A stretch of 64,000 nucleotides of DNA. Source: Malacoraja senta. Its lineage: Eukaryota. The notes under the pieces are model-generated. The model had not been told where the DNA came from. It saw only the letters and a list, made by a program, of their open reading frames with translations, and did not search any database. Position numbers and translations under genes: made by a program. The stretch lies in NCBI GenBank assembly GCA_038087875.1, contig CM075989.1, forward strand, positions 4,340,001 through 4,404,000. Direction: 5' to 3'. This document shows, one piece after another, positions 24,020-35,859 of this stretch (its first letter is position 1; each line of letters begins with the position of its first letter).

Positions 24020-24915
24020 TACAGAAAAAGACACAGAGTGCTGCAGTAACTCAGCGGGACAGGCAGCATATCTGGAGAACATGGATAGATGACATTCTGA
24101 GTCAGGACCCTTCTTCAGACTAAAGGGGCTGTCCCACTACGAGTTCATTCAAGAGCTCTCCCGAGTTTAAAAAAAAAATCAAACTCATGGTAAGCACGTA
24201 GAATGTACGTAGCGGGTACGTCGGAGCTCGGGACGTCTCTTAGCGGCTCGTAACACTAACGGCAGGTACTCAGGAAATGTGGTAAGCTCGTGAAGACTTA
24301 TGAAGACTTTTCAACATGTTGAACATTTTTCAAGGTTGAAAAATGTCCACGAGAGCCCCGAGTACCTACGAGCGGCTATTACCGTAATTCTCCGAGTCAG
24401 GGGAAACTCGGGAGAACTCTTGAATTAGCTCGTACAGTGGGACAGCCACTTTATTGTGGTGGCGGTGGAGAAAGCTGGAAGAGAGGAAGGGCAGGAGAAA
24501 GCCCGGCAAGTGATAGGTGGATGCAGGTAAAGGGGGGTTTGATAGGCAGATGTTTGGACTAAGGCCAGCGATTAAAAGATAAATGCTGTGAGATTAGAGG
24601 TGTGAATTGTGAAGCCAGAGGAAAGAATATCGGCAGAAGGGCTGTTCCTCCTGTTTACATGTGATCTCACTCTGGCAATGGAGGAGGCCCAGAACAGAAA
24701 GGTCAGTGTAGGAATGGGAAGAGGTGTTAAAATGGTTGGCAACCGGGAGATCCAGCAGTACGTAGCGGACTGAGCTCAAGTGTTCGGCGAAAAGCCCAAC
24801 AAGTCTACGGTTGTTCTTGCCGATGTACAGGAGGCCACATCGCAGACACCTGATGCAGTAGATGAAGTTAGAAGAGCTGCACGTGTACCTCTGGAAGGAC
24901 CTCTGGGACACCGGC
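24020..24915 (-). mobile_element. Penelope-like element with GIY-YIG endonuclease remnant (MITE inserted at 24124-24450)
   Basis: ORF 24594-24989: TCSSSNFIYCIRCLRCGLLYIGKNNRRL...FAEHL...PVANHFN (GIY-YIG with CxxC). pLTR at 24020-24120. Confidence 0.9.
24124..24450. mobile_element. PIF/Harbinger-like MITE (CTCG/CGAG family)
   Basis: TIR AGGGGCTGTCCCACT / AGTGGGACAGCCACT; flanks TAA/TTA; related to 34819-35135. Confidence 0.85.
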
Positions 24916-24916
24916 A

Positions 24917-26140
24917 GCTCTGTGTCCTGCACTGCTCTCACTCCTACTCCACCCGAATGGAACAAGGATGGAGTTCCACTGGCCTTCACCTTTCACTCTA
25001 CCAGTCTCCGCATCCAAACATCTTTCACTGGCATTTCCACCTTCTTCAATGTGATCCCATCACCAGCTCACACTCAAACTGGAGGAACAGCACCTCATAT
25101 TCCTCCAGAGTAGCATACAACCCAACGATGTGAACATTGAATTTTTCACTTTCATGTAACTAAACGTAACCCTCTTTTCCTTTCCTTTCCCTATGAATCT
25201 GAAGAAGGGTCCCAACCGGAAACATCACATGTCCTTGTTCTCCAGAGATGCTGTCAGACCTGCTGAATTACTGGAGCAGCACCTCATAGTTCGTTTGGGT
25301 AGTTTACACCCCAGTGGTAAGAACATTGACTTCTCCAATTTCAGGTAGTCCTTGCTTTCTCCCTCTTTCCAGATTCACCAGACTGATTCCTGGGATGTCA
25401 GGACTGTCTTATGAAGAAAGACTGGATAGACTTGGTTTATACTCTCTAGAATTTAGGAGATTGAGAGGGGATCTTATAGAAACTTACAAAATTCTTAAGG
25501 GGTTGGACAGGCTAGATGCAGGAAGATTGCTCCCGATGTTGGGGAAGACCAGGACAAGGGGTCACAGCTTAAGGATAAGGGGGAAATCCTTTAAAACCGA
25601 GATGAGAAGAACTTTTTTCACACAGGGTGTGGTGAATCTCTGGAACTCTTTGCCACAGAGGGTAGTTGAGGCCAGTTCATTGGCTATATTTAAGAGGGAG
25701 TTAGATGTGGCCCTTGTGGCTAAAGGGATCAGAGGGTATGGAGAGAAGGCAGGTACGGGATACTGAGTTGGATGATCAGCCATGATCATATTGAATGGCG
25801 GTGCAGGCTCGAAGGGCCGAATGGCCTACTCCTGCACCTAATTTCTATGTTTCTATGTTTCTATGTTTCCCCTCCCCTTCCCAGCTCTCCCACAGCCCAC
25901 TGTCTCCGAATCTTCCTTTCTTCCTCCCGCCCCTCCCTACTCCCACATCAGTCTGAAGAAGGGTCTCGACCCGAAACGTCACCCATTCTTTCGCTCCATA
26001 GATGCTGCCTCACCCGCTGAGTTTCTCCAGCACTTTTGTCTACCTTCGATTGTTCCAGCATCTGCAGTCCCTTTTTAAACATGCTGAATTACTCCAACAT
26101 CTTGTGTCTTATTTTGTAAACCAGGATCTGCAGTTGCTTG
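24917..26140 (+). mobile_element. Plus-strand Penelope fragments (inverted relative to 24020-24915); second Penelope 3' end at 25273-26081 containing a CR1 at 25372-25866
   Basis: NKDGVPLAFTFHSTSLRIQ and KLEEQHLI motifs; TSD TGCTGAATTACT at 25261-25272 / 26082-26093; CR1 ORF 25314-25766. Confidence 0.85.
25953..25980 (+). ncRNA. Minimal hammerhead ribozyme motif
   Basis: CTGAAGA AGGGTC TC GACCC GAAA CGTC. Confidence 0.72.
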
Positions 26141-26477
26141 ATTGTACAAGGGAGTCTAAGGTGTATGGGTTCACTTCTCCGAGAGATTGGAGGCGTGTTG
26201 AGAGGATGCATGGGTAGGGTTGATCCCTGGTGAAGTGTCAGATTGCCGCGGCCTAGTTGGTTTGGCAGTGTGTCTGATATCTTGTTAGTGATGTGTACCG
26301 GCATGAGCCTTCACCTGCACGATGGAAGTGAGAAAGCAACACAGGTGAAGAAATAAATAAAATATCAATCATCAGTTGGCCAAATATAATTCAAATTAAA
26401 GGTGGGGATGGGGGAGGGTCGGGTTGTTGGTTGGTAGATGCCTACAATGGAAGCAACAACCCTGAACCCAATTTACT

Positions 26478-26781
26478 GGAGCAGTGGTGGAGCTGCTGCC
26501 TTACAGCGCCAGAGACCCGGGTTCGATCCCGACAACGGGTGCTGTCTGTACGGACTTTGCACGTTCTCCCCATGACCTGCGTGGGTTTTCTCCGAGATCG
26601 GTTTCCTCCCACACTCCAAAGACGTACAGGTTTGTAGGTTAATTGGCTCGGGTGTCAGTGTAAATTGTCCCTCGTGTGTGTGCGGGGATAGTGTTAATGT
26701 GCGGGGATCGCTGGTCGCTGCCGACTCGGCGGGCCAAAGGGCCTGTCTCCGCGCTGTATCTCTGAAACTAAAACTAAACTA
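26478..26781 (+). mobile_element. HE1-like SINE
   Basis: Family consensus with (CTAAA)n tail. Confidence 0.88.
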
Positions 26782-26939
26782 ATCAGATTTGCTGTGAAAA
26801 CAAAGTGCTTTTTTATTGTCTTGAAAAGCAACTGTGGACAATAGCTCTTATACAGACGATATAAAAACAGCATTCATGCAGTCGCTCATTGTAAAGTGCT
26901 CCAGTGTGTTTCAACAGCGTTGGAATTCGATTAGTAATA

Positions 26940-27450
26940 ACAAAAATCAAACACTATTTAAATAAAGGTCAGTTTATTGAAACCGGCCTCGGAAGTGGAT
27001 ATACTTGTGAATGTGATGGGTATAAAGGGGGGATTCAAAGGGCTCTGACAAGAGGCGTTTGTTGTGCTCTCTCTATTTTCCCCAGTGCAAACGCTTGGTG
27101 AGGCTCCAGTGAATTTCATTAGCTGCACGTTAATTGCAGAGTTTGGGAGGGGGCTGAGAATGGGGTGATTGTTTCTGACAGCCTTGGTATGGACACATGC
27201 ACTTGGTATGTCCTGCCGCGACGTCACCTCATCATTAAGATTCTCCGAGATGCTTCCCACCTGCCTCGGCTGTGAATCGCAAAGAAAAGCTCTCAAAGAA
27301 ATTGTTTTTCCTTTTTCATTTCTGATTTTCATGCTATTGGCTAGATGCTGTGCAACCGCTGCCGAGAGCAATCGCACGTTGCTGAACTGCGAGGAGAATA
27401 TGATCCCGCCCTCTCGTTCCTTGTAACTCATTCAACGCCATCTTTCCATG
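26940..27450. promoter_or_regulatory. Candidate conserved non-coding element/enhancer
   Basis: Repeat-free block with retained CpGs and TCF (TTCAAAG), homeobox (TAATTG, CATTAG) and CRE-like (GACGTCA) motifs. Conservation not tested. Confidence 0.45.
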
Positions 27451-27669
27451 CCCCCCCCCCCCCCTTTGTGTCACCTTCTCTCTTGTACAGGACACAAGCC
27501 TGCAGGTACTGGCTGCCCTTTGGTACCGCAAATGAACGGTGGACCTTGACACAGAAGCCAGGGTGCCAACAGGGTCCTCAACAAAGGAAAGCATTGAGGC
27601 CACGTCCACTCTCACCCTAATTCCATGCTCTGCATAGTCCCATTCCCCACCCAGACTGATGGAGGGAGG

Positions 27670-28052
27670 ACCTCATTGAAACTCACCAAATAGTGAAAGG
27701 CCTGGATAGAGGATGTGGGGAGAATGTTTCCACGTGGGAGAGTCTAGGACCAGAGGCCATAGCCTTAGAATATAAGAACGTACCTTTAAAAAGATGAGGA
27801 GGAATTTCTTTAGTCAGAGGGTGGTGAATCTGTGGAATTCATTGCCACAGATGGCTGTGGAGGCCAAGTCAGTGGATATTTTTTAAGGCGGAGATTGACA
27901 GGTTTCGCAAAGGTGTCAGTTGTTATGGGGAGAAGGCAGGAGAATGGGGTTGAGAGGGGAGCAAAGATCAGCCATGATTGAATGGCGGAGTAGGCTTGAT
28001 GGGCTGAATGGCCTAATTCTGCTCCAATTACTTATGAACTCATGAACTTATG
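27670..28052 (+). mobile_element. CR1 3' fragment
   Basis: GGCCTGGATAGAG...GTGGTGAATCTGTGGAATTC...(TATGAACT)n tail. Confidence 0.85.
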
Positions 28053-28318
28053 GACAAAACTTTAGCTGATCGTGTTCCGCTGAGCTGGGCATGTATGGGA
28101 TGATAGTAAAAATGGAGAATGACAGAGAGACAGGATGGAGGGTATTATTTTAATGAAATGATTAAAAGGGAGAGGTTGTACAGACTTGGATTGTTTTCTC
28201 TGGAACACTGGAGTTTGAGGGATGACCTGAAAGAAATATATCAAGTTAGGAGAGGCATAGATAGGGTAGAAACTATCAGAATCTTTCAGGCAGTCAAAGG
28301 CTAGAGGACAAAGCTTTA

Positions 28319-28544
28319 AGGGCCTGTCCCACTTGGCGATTTTTTCAGCGACAGCCAGCGTCATATCAGTGTCGCCAAAAGGTTTTGAACATTTCAAAAT
28401 CCAACGGCGACAAACAAAAATGTTGCGACACTTGACAAAACACCGCGCGTCATATGTCATCATGCCGCGTCGCCGAAAATGACCTTATACGTCAGTCAAT
28501 CATGCCAGCAGTCGCCGAAAAAATTGGCAAGTGGGACAGGCCCT
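28319..28544. mobile_element. PIF/Harbinger-like MITE inserted in a CR1 fragment (~28150-28980)
   Basis: TIR AGGGCCTGTCCCACTTG; TTA/TTA TSD. Removal restores the CR1 sequence GCTTTAGGGTGAGAGG. Confidence 0.88.
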
Positions 28545-29069
28545 TTAGGGTGAGAGGAGCAAAGTTTAAAGCAGATGTGTGGGGCAAGATGTTTTACCAC
28601 AGAGAGGAGGAAGTGAGTGCCTGGAACATGCTGCCAGGGTGTCGTGGTAGAGGCAGATACAATAGTGATCTTTAGGAGGCTTGAGCAGCCACATGGATTT
28701 TCAAGAAATAAAGGGACATGGATTTAGTTTAGTTTGGTTAGATTATTGTCATACCTACCGAGGAACAGTGAAATGCTTTTGTTGCTTGCTAACCAGTCAG
28801 CGGAAAGACTATACATGATTACAATCGAGCTACCCACAGTGTACAGATGTAAAGATACAGTGTACACAGGATTATGTGCAGGCAGATAAGAGTTGGTCTT
28901 GCCTTCATAATTAGCACAGACATCGTGGGCCGAAGGGCCTGTTTCTGAGTTGTACTGTCCTATGTTCGATAAGGAGAAGAAAACCAAAACATTTTCCTAT
29001 TTAACAAGACTCTTTGAATGCCACAGTAAATACGTCTTTATTGAGTAAGCAAGGTTAGTTTTAGTGTCG

Positions 29070-29382
29070 TTTAGAGTCAGAGCATGGAAACATGTCCTTT
29101 GTTCATCGAGTCCATGCCGACCATCGATCACCCGTTCACAGTAGTTCTAAATTATCCCACTTTCTCAGCCACTTTCTATAAAATCAGGGGAAATTTTACA
29201 CAGGCCGATTAAACGACAAACCCGCACATCATTGGGACGTGGGAGGAACCTGGAGCATCTGGAGGAAACCCACGTGGTCACAGGCAGGATGGACACATTC
29301 CATGCAGACAGCACCTGAGGTCAGGATCGAACCTGGTTCTCTGGCACGATGCGGCAGCAGCTCTCTCTGCTGCACCACTGTG
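29070..29382 (-). mobile_element. HE1-like SINE (variant)
   Basis: Reverse family consensus. Confidence 0.82.
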
Positions 29383-29529
29383 CAACTGGATATTGTTTGT
29401 CAGGAGAGAAATGTAAACTCACCAGATTGAATCCTGAGAGAAGGTTGTTCCATGAATGGAGATTAAGCAGCCTGGCCATATACATTCTAAAGTTTAGAAG
29501 AATGAGAGATGATTTTATCGAAACATACT

Positions 29530-30512
29530 TTAGACTACTTTAGAGATACAGTATGGAAACAGGCCCTTCGGTCCACCGAGTCTGTGCCAACCAGCTATCA
29601 CCCCATACACTAGCAATATCCTACACAAAAGGGACAATTTACAATTTTACCGAAACCAGTTAACCTAAAAACATGTTGGTTTAGTTTAGTTTAGTTTAAT
29701 TTAGAGCTATAGTGTGGAAGCAGGCCCTTCAAACCGCGCTGATCAGCGATCTACGCAGATTAACACTATTCTACACACATTAGGGACAATTTACAATTTT
29801 GTAGATTTGATGTCATTAACCATCAAACCTGTACGTCATTGAAGTGTGGGAGTGTGGGAGAAAACCGGTGTAGATAGAGCTCTAGGGGCTAGCGGAATCA
29901 AGGGATATGGGGAGAAGGCAGGCATGAATGGCATGAAACAATGAATGGCGGTGCTGGCTTGAAGGCCAAATGGCCTCCTCCTGCACCTATTTTCTGTGTT
30001 TCTATCTTTCACCCGGAGATAACCCATGTGGTCACAGGGAGAATCATCTCAGTACAGACAGCAGCCGCAAACAACTGTGACACAACAATTGGCGACGAGG
30101 ATGGGATAGAGTTTGTGAACTCATCCTTTAAATACAGTGCAGGACTGTTTTGCAACACGCAGTATTGTTTAACAGTTTAAACAGTAGATACGGAGTTGTG
30201 TCGCAGTTGTTTGTGAGCTGGACATGAGAGGCCTGCAGATTCTTCTATGCAGGGGACTGTAGTTTAAAACATCAGCTGTACAAGTCGGCAAGTTTGTCAG
30301 GCTATCTCTATGTTGTGTCTACGTGGCAAGATGTCGTCCTTCGGATTGTTACACATTTTAGACTGAGTTTTTTTTGTCGAATTCCTCAAGCTGAATAATC
30401 TTTGTACAGCTAAGTTTTATGTGAATTGTTACACCAGAACACACAACAGGATGGAACCCGGGTCTCTGGCGCTCTGATGCAGCGACTCTACCGCTGCACC
30501 ACCGTGCCACCC
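29530..30512 (-). mobile_element. Nested HE1-like SINEs containing a CR1 tail fragment (~29870-30005) and an unclassified insert (~30064-30446)
   Basis: SINE consensus breaks at CAGACAGCA (30063) and resumes at CAGGATGGAACCCGGG (30447). Confidence 0.8.
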
Positions 30513-30984
30513 CAAGCTGTACCACACTGTACTCATTCTAATCAAATGCTTATCAAAGTAGATGCAAGGATGATATTTCCACTGGCTGAGCTGTATAGAA
30601 CCATTCTCAAAGGGTTTACTGATTCAAGACTGAGATAAGAAGAAACTTCTTCACCCAGGGGATTGTGAAGCTTTACAATTCCCAACTGAACAGCACTGTC
30701 ATTGACGGCCAAGTTAGAGAGTGATAGATTTTTGAACATTGTCGGAAGTGAGGGATGTGGGGGCAGCGCAGGAAAGTTGAGCTGATTCTTATTGAATGCT
30801 GGAGCCGACACAAGGGGGAAATGGCCTACTCTTGGCCCTACTTATTAAGAGAGAAAGGGCAAGAAAGAAGGAGAAAAGAAAGAGTGGAAATATGAGAGAG
30901 GAGGAAAGAAAAGAGCTAAAGCGGCAGGGGAAAAGGAAGGAAACAGAGATAGTGACTGAGAGAACGTGCACTTTTCATAACCTC

Positions 30985-31330
30985 TCATAGTGTATACGAG
31001 TTGAGTAGATAGGGTGAATGGACAGAATCTTTAACCCAGATGAGAGGAATCGAGAACCAGAGGAATTAGTTTTAAGGGGAGAGGGAAAAGATTTAATAGG
31101 AACCTTAGAGGCAACTTTTTTCACGTAGTGGGTATATGGAATGAGCTGCGAGAGGGAACAGTTGAGACAGGTACTTTTTAACAACATTTAAAATACAGTT
31201 GCATGATTAGGATAGGTTTAGTGGCATATGGGCCAAACATAGGCAGATGGGACTTGCGTAGATGGGGCATCTTGGCTGGCATGGGCAAGTTGGGCTGAAA
31301 TGCCTGTTTCCTTGCTGTGTGACTCTATAA
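30985..31330 (+). mobile_element. CR1 3' fragment
   Basis: GAGAACCAGAGG...GGGCAAGTTGGGCTGAAATGCCTGTTTCC...GACTCTAT. Confidence 0.82.
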
Positions 31331-31478
31331 CCTTTGGACATAGTGAAGGGTTTTACAACCATTGAAGTTCATTTGAACTGTTTTCACTTTGATACTTGGT
31401 CTCTGATGAGCAATCTAACTTTTCTCAGCCTTGGAAATGGAAAGTAAAATTGGGCTCAGTCAGCAACAGACTCTCAGT

Positions 31479-31506
31479 CTGAAGAAGGGTCTTGACCCGA
31501 AACGTC
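31479..31506 (+). ncRNA. Minimal hammerhead ribozyme motif in a solo Penelope pLTR (31470-31609)
   Basis: CTGAAGA AGGGTC TT GACCC GAAA CGTC. Confidence 0.72.
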
Positions 31507-32430
31507 ACCCATTCCTTCTCTCCAGACGTGCTGCCTGTCCCGCTAAGTTACTCCAGCATTTTGGGTCTAACTTCTCTGTAAGCCAACATCTACAGTTCCT
31601 TCCTGCACAGGTTAAAATTTGGTTTGATTTGCCAGAGGTACCTTCCTGCATTTCAATGATCGGACATCCCACCATCACCTTCACACCCAATGTGAAAGAG
31701 GAATGTTTGACATTCTCTTTAAAGAGTGAAATCCGCAAAACATGCTTCAGTCATTGTCAAAAGTTGGGGAGAAAAACCAGTTCAGTGGGTCGAGTTGATT
31801 CTCTCCATTATGCTTGTGGCCACCAGCGAATTAGATATTAATCCTTAAACAACATATGAGCTTTGACCGTTCCAACAGCCTATAATTATAAAACAAAGAC
31901 TCAGCACCCTTGAACTGAATTCTCAAGATAGAAGCAATAAAACCCAGGAATTATCTTTTTTATAAATCCCTCCACAAAGTGCTGAGGGTTTAATAATGAT
32001 GCTCTGGGCAATGTCAATCCTTCTACTGACAATCTCACAAACATAGCATGGGGACTCAGGGTCAAATCGTGATCGATGAATGAAATGGTTCCACTCTCTG
32101 CACTGGCCGCATGAGTCTGGATAGTTTGAACCCATTTCCTAGTTGGCATGAGTACTCCCAGCCCATCAGTAGTTGTCCATGTTACAACCACGAGGTCAGC
32201 ACGGACCCTGTGGGCCCAAGGGCCTGTTCCTGCGCTGTACTGTTCCATGTTTGGGGGTGGCTGGACAGAAAACAGGAATATTGTCAAGAGTCAAGAGTGT
32301 TTTATTGCCATATGTGCCAAACAGAACAATACAATTCTTACTTACATCTGCACAACAGAACATGTAAACATAGTACTCTGTAAACAATATAATAAATGAA
32401 AAAAAGTTCAGTATATATATATATATATAT

Positions 32431-32925
32431 CAGTTTAGTTTATTGTGACGTGGACCGAGGTACAGTGAAAAGCTTTTTGTTGCGTCCTAACCAGTCAGCA
32501 GAAAGAAATTCAATCCATTTACAGTGTATAGATAAATGATAAGGGAATAACGTTTAGTGCAAGGTAAAGCCTGCAAAATGCGGTCAAGGATAGTCTGAGG
32601 GACATCAGAGGTATATAGTAGTTCAGCACTGGTCTCCGGTTGTGGTAGGATGATCCAGTTGCCTGATAACAGCTGGGAAGAAACTGTCCCTGAATCTGGA
32701 GGTGTGCGTTTTCACACTTCAATACCTTTTGCCCGATGGGAGAGGAGATAAGAGGGAGTGGCCGGGGTGCGACTTGTCCTTGACTATGCAGCTGGCCTTG
32801 CTGAGGCAGCGTGAGGTGTAAATGGAATCAATAGGTTGGTTTTTGTGATGGCCTGGGCAGCCTCCACAATTCACTGCAACTTCTTATGTTCCTGTATGGA
32901 GCTGGTCTCAATCAAGCTGTGATGT
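32431..32925 (-). mobile_element. Rex1/Babar LINE 3' fragment
   Basis: Reverse of the conserved C-terminus (ACTCCCTCTTATCTCCTCTCCCATCGGGC; ACCTCCAGATTCAGGGACAGTTTCTTCCCAGC). Confidence 0.8.
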
Positions 32926-32984
32926 ATATATGTATACATCTGATACATATACATGTGATATTATACATGTGATATACACGTGCG

Positions 32985-33108
<124 letters not shown>

Positions 33109-33184
33109 ACATTAACAGTGCAAAAAGACAAAACCTATGCCCCCAAGTCTATGTAGATCAGAGTCTATTCGGGAATCTTCAGAA

Positions 33185-33625
33185 GAAACAAGAAACTGCA
33201 AAAGTTGGTTCACAAAAGAAGGCGTAAAAAGTGTTGGGGAAGGGTTTAAAGAAGGGTTCCGGCCTAAGACGTCACTTATCAATGTTCTCCAGAGATGCTG
33301 CCTGACCCGCTGAGTTACTACAGAACTTTGTGTCTTCCTATGAATCTTGTGGACTTCTTCTGAGATCGGTGTTGTACGATATTATTGTGGTCACATCACA
33401 GAACTTTGCAGCAAAAGATAGACACAAATAGCTGAAGTAACACAGCAGATCAGGCAGCATCTCTGGAGGAAAAGGATGGGTGACATCTCTGGTTGGGACC
33501 GACCTGAAGAAGGGTTCTGACCTGAAACGTCCCCTATCCTTTTCCTCCAGATGCTGCCTGACCCAATGAATTACTCCTGCACTTTGTGTCTATCTCTGCT
33601 ATACCACAGCATCTGCAGTTTTTTT
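33185..33625. mobile_element. Cluster of Penelope pLTR/hammerhead inverted elements (motif at 33504-33531)
   Basis: Family consensus in both orientations; CTGAAGAAGGGTTCTGACCTGAAACGTC. Confidence 0.8.
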
Positions 33626-33976
33626 ATTTCGTCTATTTTTACTCTACAGCTTACTGAAGCTGCATTTTTCTCAAAAAAAGGAACAATGTGCAGGCAGCAT
33701 TATTCTATATCTCATGGTCATGAATTTGACTTTGGTAAAAATTGTAAATTGTCCTAGTGTGTAGGATAGTGCTATTTTACGGGATGATCACTGGTCGGTG
33801 TGGACTCGGTGGGCCGAAGAGCCTGTTTCCGCACTGCATCTCTAAAGTCTAAATTCTAGAACTGCTTGCTTATCTACACGTTAACTCTCAGTAACTCAAG
33901 TGCAAGCCACCCAGGCCTTTTTAATATCAACATCTTTCTTCTACTTCTCTACTATTTCCACCTTATAATTTTCAGT

Positions 33977-34124
33977 AACTCAGCGGGTGAGGCAGCATCT
34001 CTGGAGAGAAGGAATGGGCGACGTTTTGGTTTAAATCCAAGGTAGACACATGCTGGAGTAAATCAGGTACTCCAGCATGTTGTGTCTACCTTGGATTTAA
34101 AACAGCATCTTCAGTTCTTTCTTA
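33977..34124. mobile_element. Rearranged Penelope pLTR element with 18-bp TSD
   Basis: TSD CACMTTATAWTTTTCAGT at 33959-33976 / 34125-34142. Confidence 0.78.
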
Positions 34125-34742
34125 CACATTATATTTTTCAGTGTTTTGTTCCCCCTGCCATGTTCTGGGCTTTCCAATATTCCTCTGTAGCCTGTCCACA
34201 TCTTCCTCAATAGCCACACTGGTACCAAACACTGTACTACCAGCATGCAGAGGCACAGTATTTCTGACTGATCCGAGTAAATAGTTCATTGACTTAAATC
34301 ATTAAGTTTCAGTCTCTATTGCTCGACACGCCAAGGATTTTATGCTTTTATTTTAAATTTCATAAACCTGCAGTTATTTACTTTTGGATCTTCATTCGCT
34401 GTGCCATTTCCACGAGTAGTGGCTCTACTCAATAACCAAAACTCTGTAGCCTCCTTTTGCTCTGGTCTTTTATTTAAGTCACATGTTTAACCAATAATGT
34501 TTTCTTATTAATGTTTAATGTTTTATGTGTCATTCCTAACTGTCACTGTATGTCACGTTGTTACTTGCGGGCGGAGCACCAAGGCAAATTCCTTGTATGT
34601 GAATACTTGGCCAATAAACTTATTCATTCATTCATAGTCAAATATCATCAGTTGAGCTGAACTGCTGAGTTATCTCAAATCTTCAGCTGAACTGCTTTGA
34701 ATCATGTTAGATAACTTTCAGGAACCACTGAAACCCTAAGCT

Positions 34743-35360
34743 TTTTAGACTTTAGATTTTAGAGATGCAGCGTAGCAGCAGGCGCTTCACCCCACCCATC
34801 ATTCACCCCGTACACTAAAGGACCTGTCCCACTGTACCAGGTAATTCAAGAGTTCTCCCGAGTTCTCCCCTGATTCGAGCTTGTGTAATGTACGTAGCGG
34901 GTAAAAAGTTTTTTAAAAAATTCATAACAAGTATTTTTTTACTCGTGGACATTTTCCACAGTGTTGAAAAAACGTCACGAGTTTACCGGATTTCCTGAGT
35001 ACCTACCGTTACTCGTACGAGCTGCTACGAGACATCCACGAGCTCCTACGTACCCGCTACGTACATTACACGAGCTCGAATCAGGGGAGAACTCGGGAGA
35101 ACTCGTGAATTACCTCGTACAGTGGGACGGGCCTTAAACCCTATCTTACACGCACTAGGGACAATTTACAATTTTACCAAAGCCAATTAACCTACAAACC
35201 TGTACATCTTTGGAGTGTGGGAGGAAACCGGAGCACCCGGAGAAAACCGACGCGGTCACGGGGAGAACGTACCAATTCTGTACAGACAGCACCCGTAGTC
35301 AGGATCGGACCCGGGTCTCTAACACTGTGAGGCATCAACTCTACTGCTGCGCCACCGTGC
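34743..35360 (-). mobile_element. HE1-like SINE interrupted by a MITE
   Basis: SINE halves at 34743-34818 and 35136-35360. Confidence 0.88.
34819..35135. mobile_element. PIF/Harbinger-like MITE (palindromic, CTCG/CGAG family)
   Basis: TIR AGGACCTGTCCCACTGTAC / GTACAGTGGGACGGGCCT; long internal inverted arms. Confidence 0.87.
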
Positions 35361-35570
35361 AGTTGATGTAGGTTTCTAAATTCTCTTTTGTGGTGTCAGT
35401 AGGAACAGGGTCGAAGAAGGACTGTTATGTGCCTCTTTTTATGTTTAAAAACATTGCCATCAAAGGCATCAATTTGAATAAAATTAATATAAAAAGTGTT
35501 TCTTAAATGGGCAGCAATGGGGGGCATTTACAAAATACTAAATAGCGAGCTTCATTTCGAAAAGGTTGAT

Positions 35571-35850
35571 CTTTTCTGTGTCTCTTTCTCCCCCTTTCCT
35601 CTCTCTTTTTCTGACTCTCTCTCTCTCTCTTTCTTTGCCACTCTCTCTCTCGCACTCTCTCTATCTCTTCCCCTCTCTCTCCCTCTGCCTCTCTCCCCCT
35701 ATCTCTCTCCCTCTCTCTCTGCCTTACTCTCTCTCCCCCCCCCCCCCTCTCTCTCTTTCTCACTCTATTTCACTCTCCTCCTCCTCTCTCTCTTTCCTTC
35801 CTTTCCTCCCTCTGCCCCACTCTCTCTTGTATCTCTGTTTCTCTGTATTT
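35571..35850. repeat. CT-rich low-complexity polypyrimidine tract
   Basis: Imperfect (CT)n. Confidence 0.95.
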
Positions 35851-35859
35851 ATTACTGTC

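Noticed and set aside
26958..27431. 157-aa minus-strand ORF
   Set aside because: No recognisable domain or clear splice framing; better explained as non-coding regulatory sequence.
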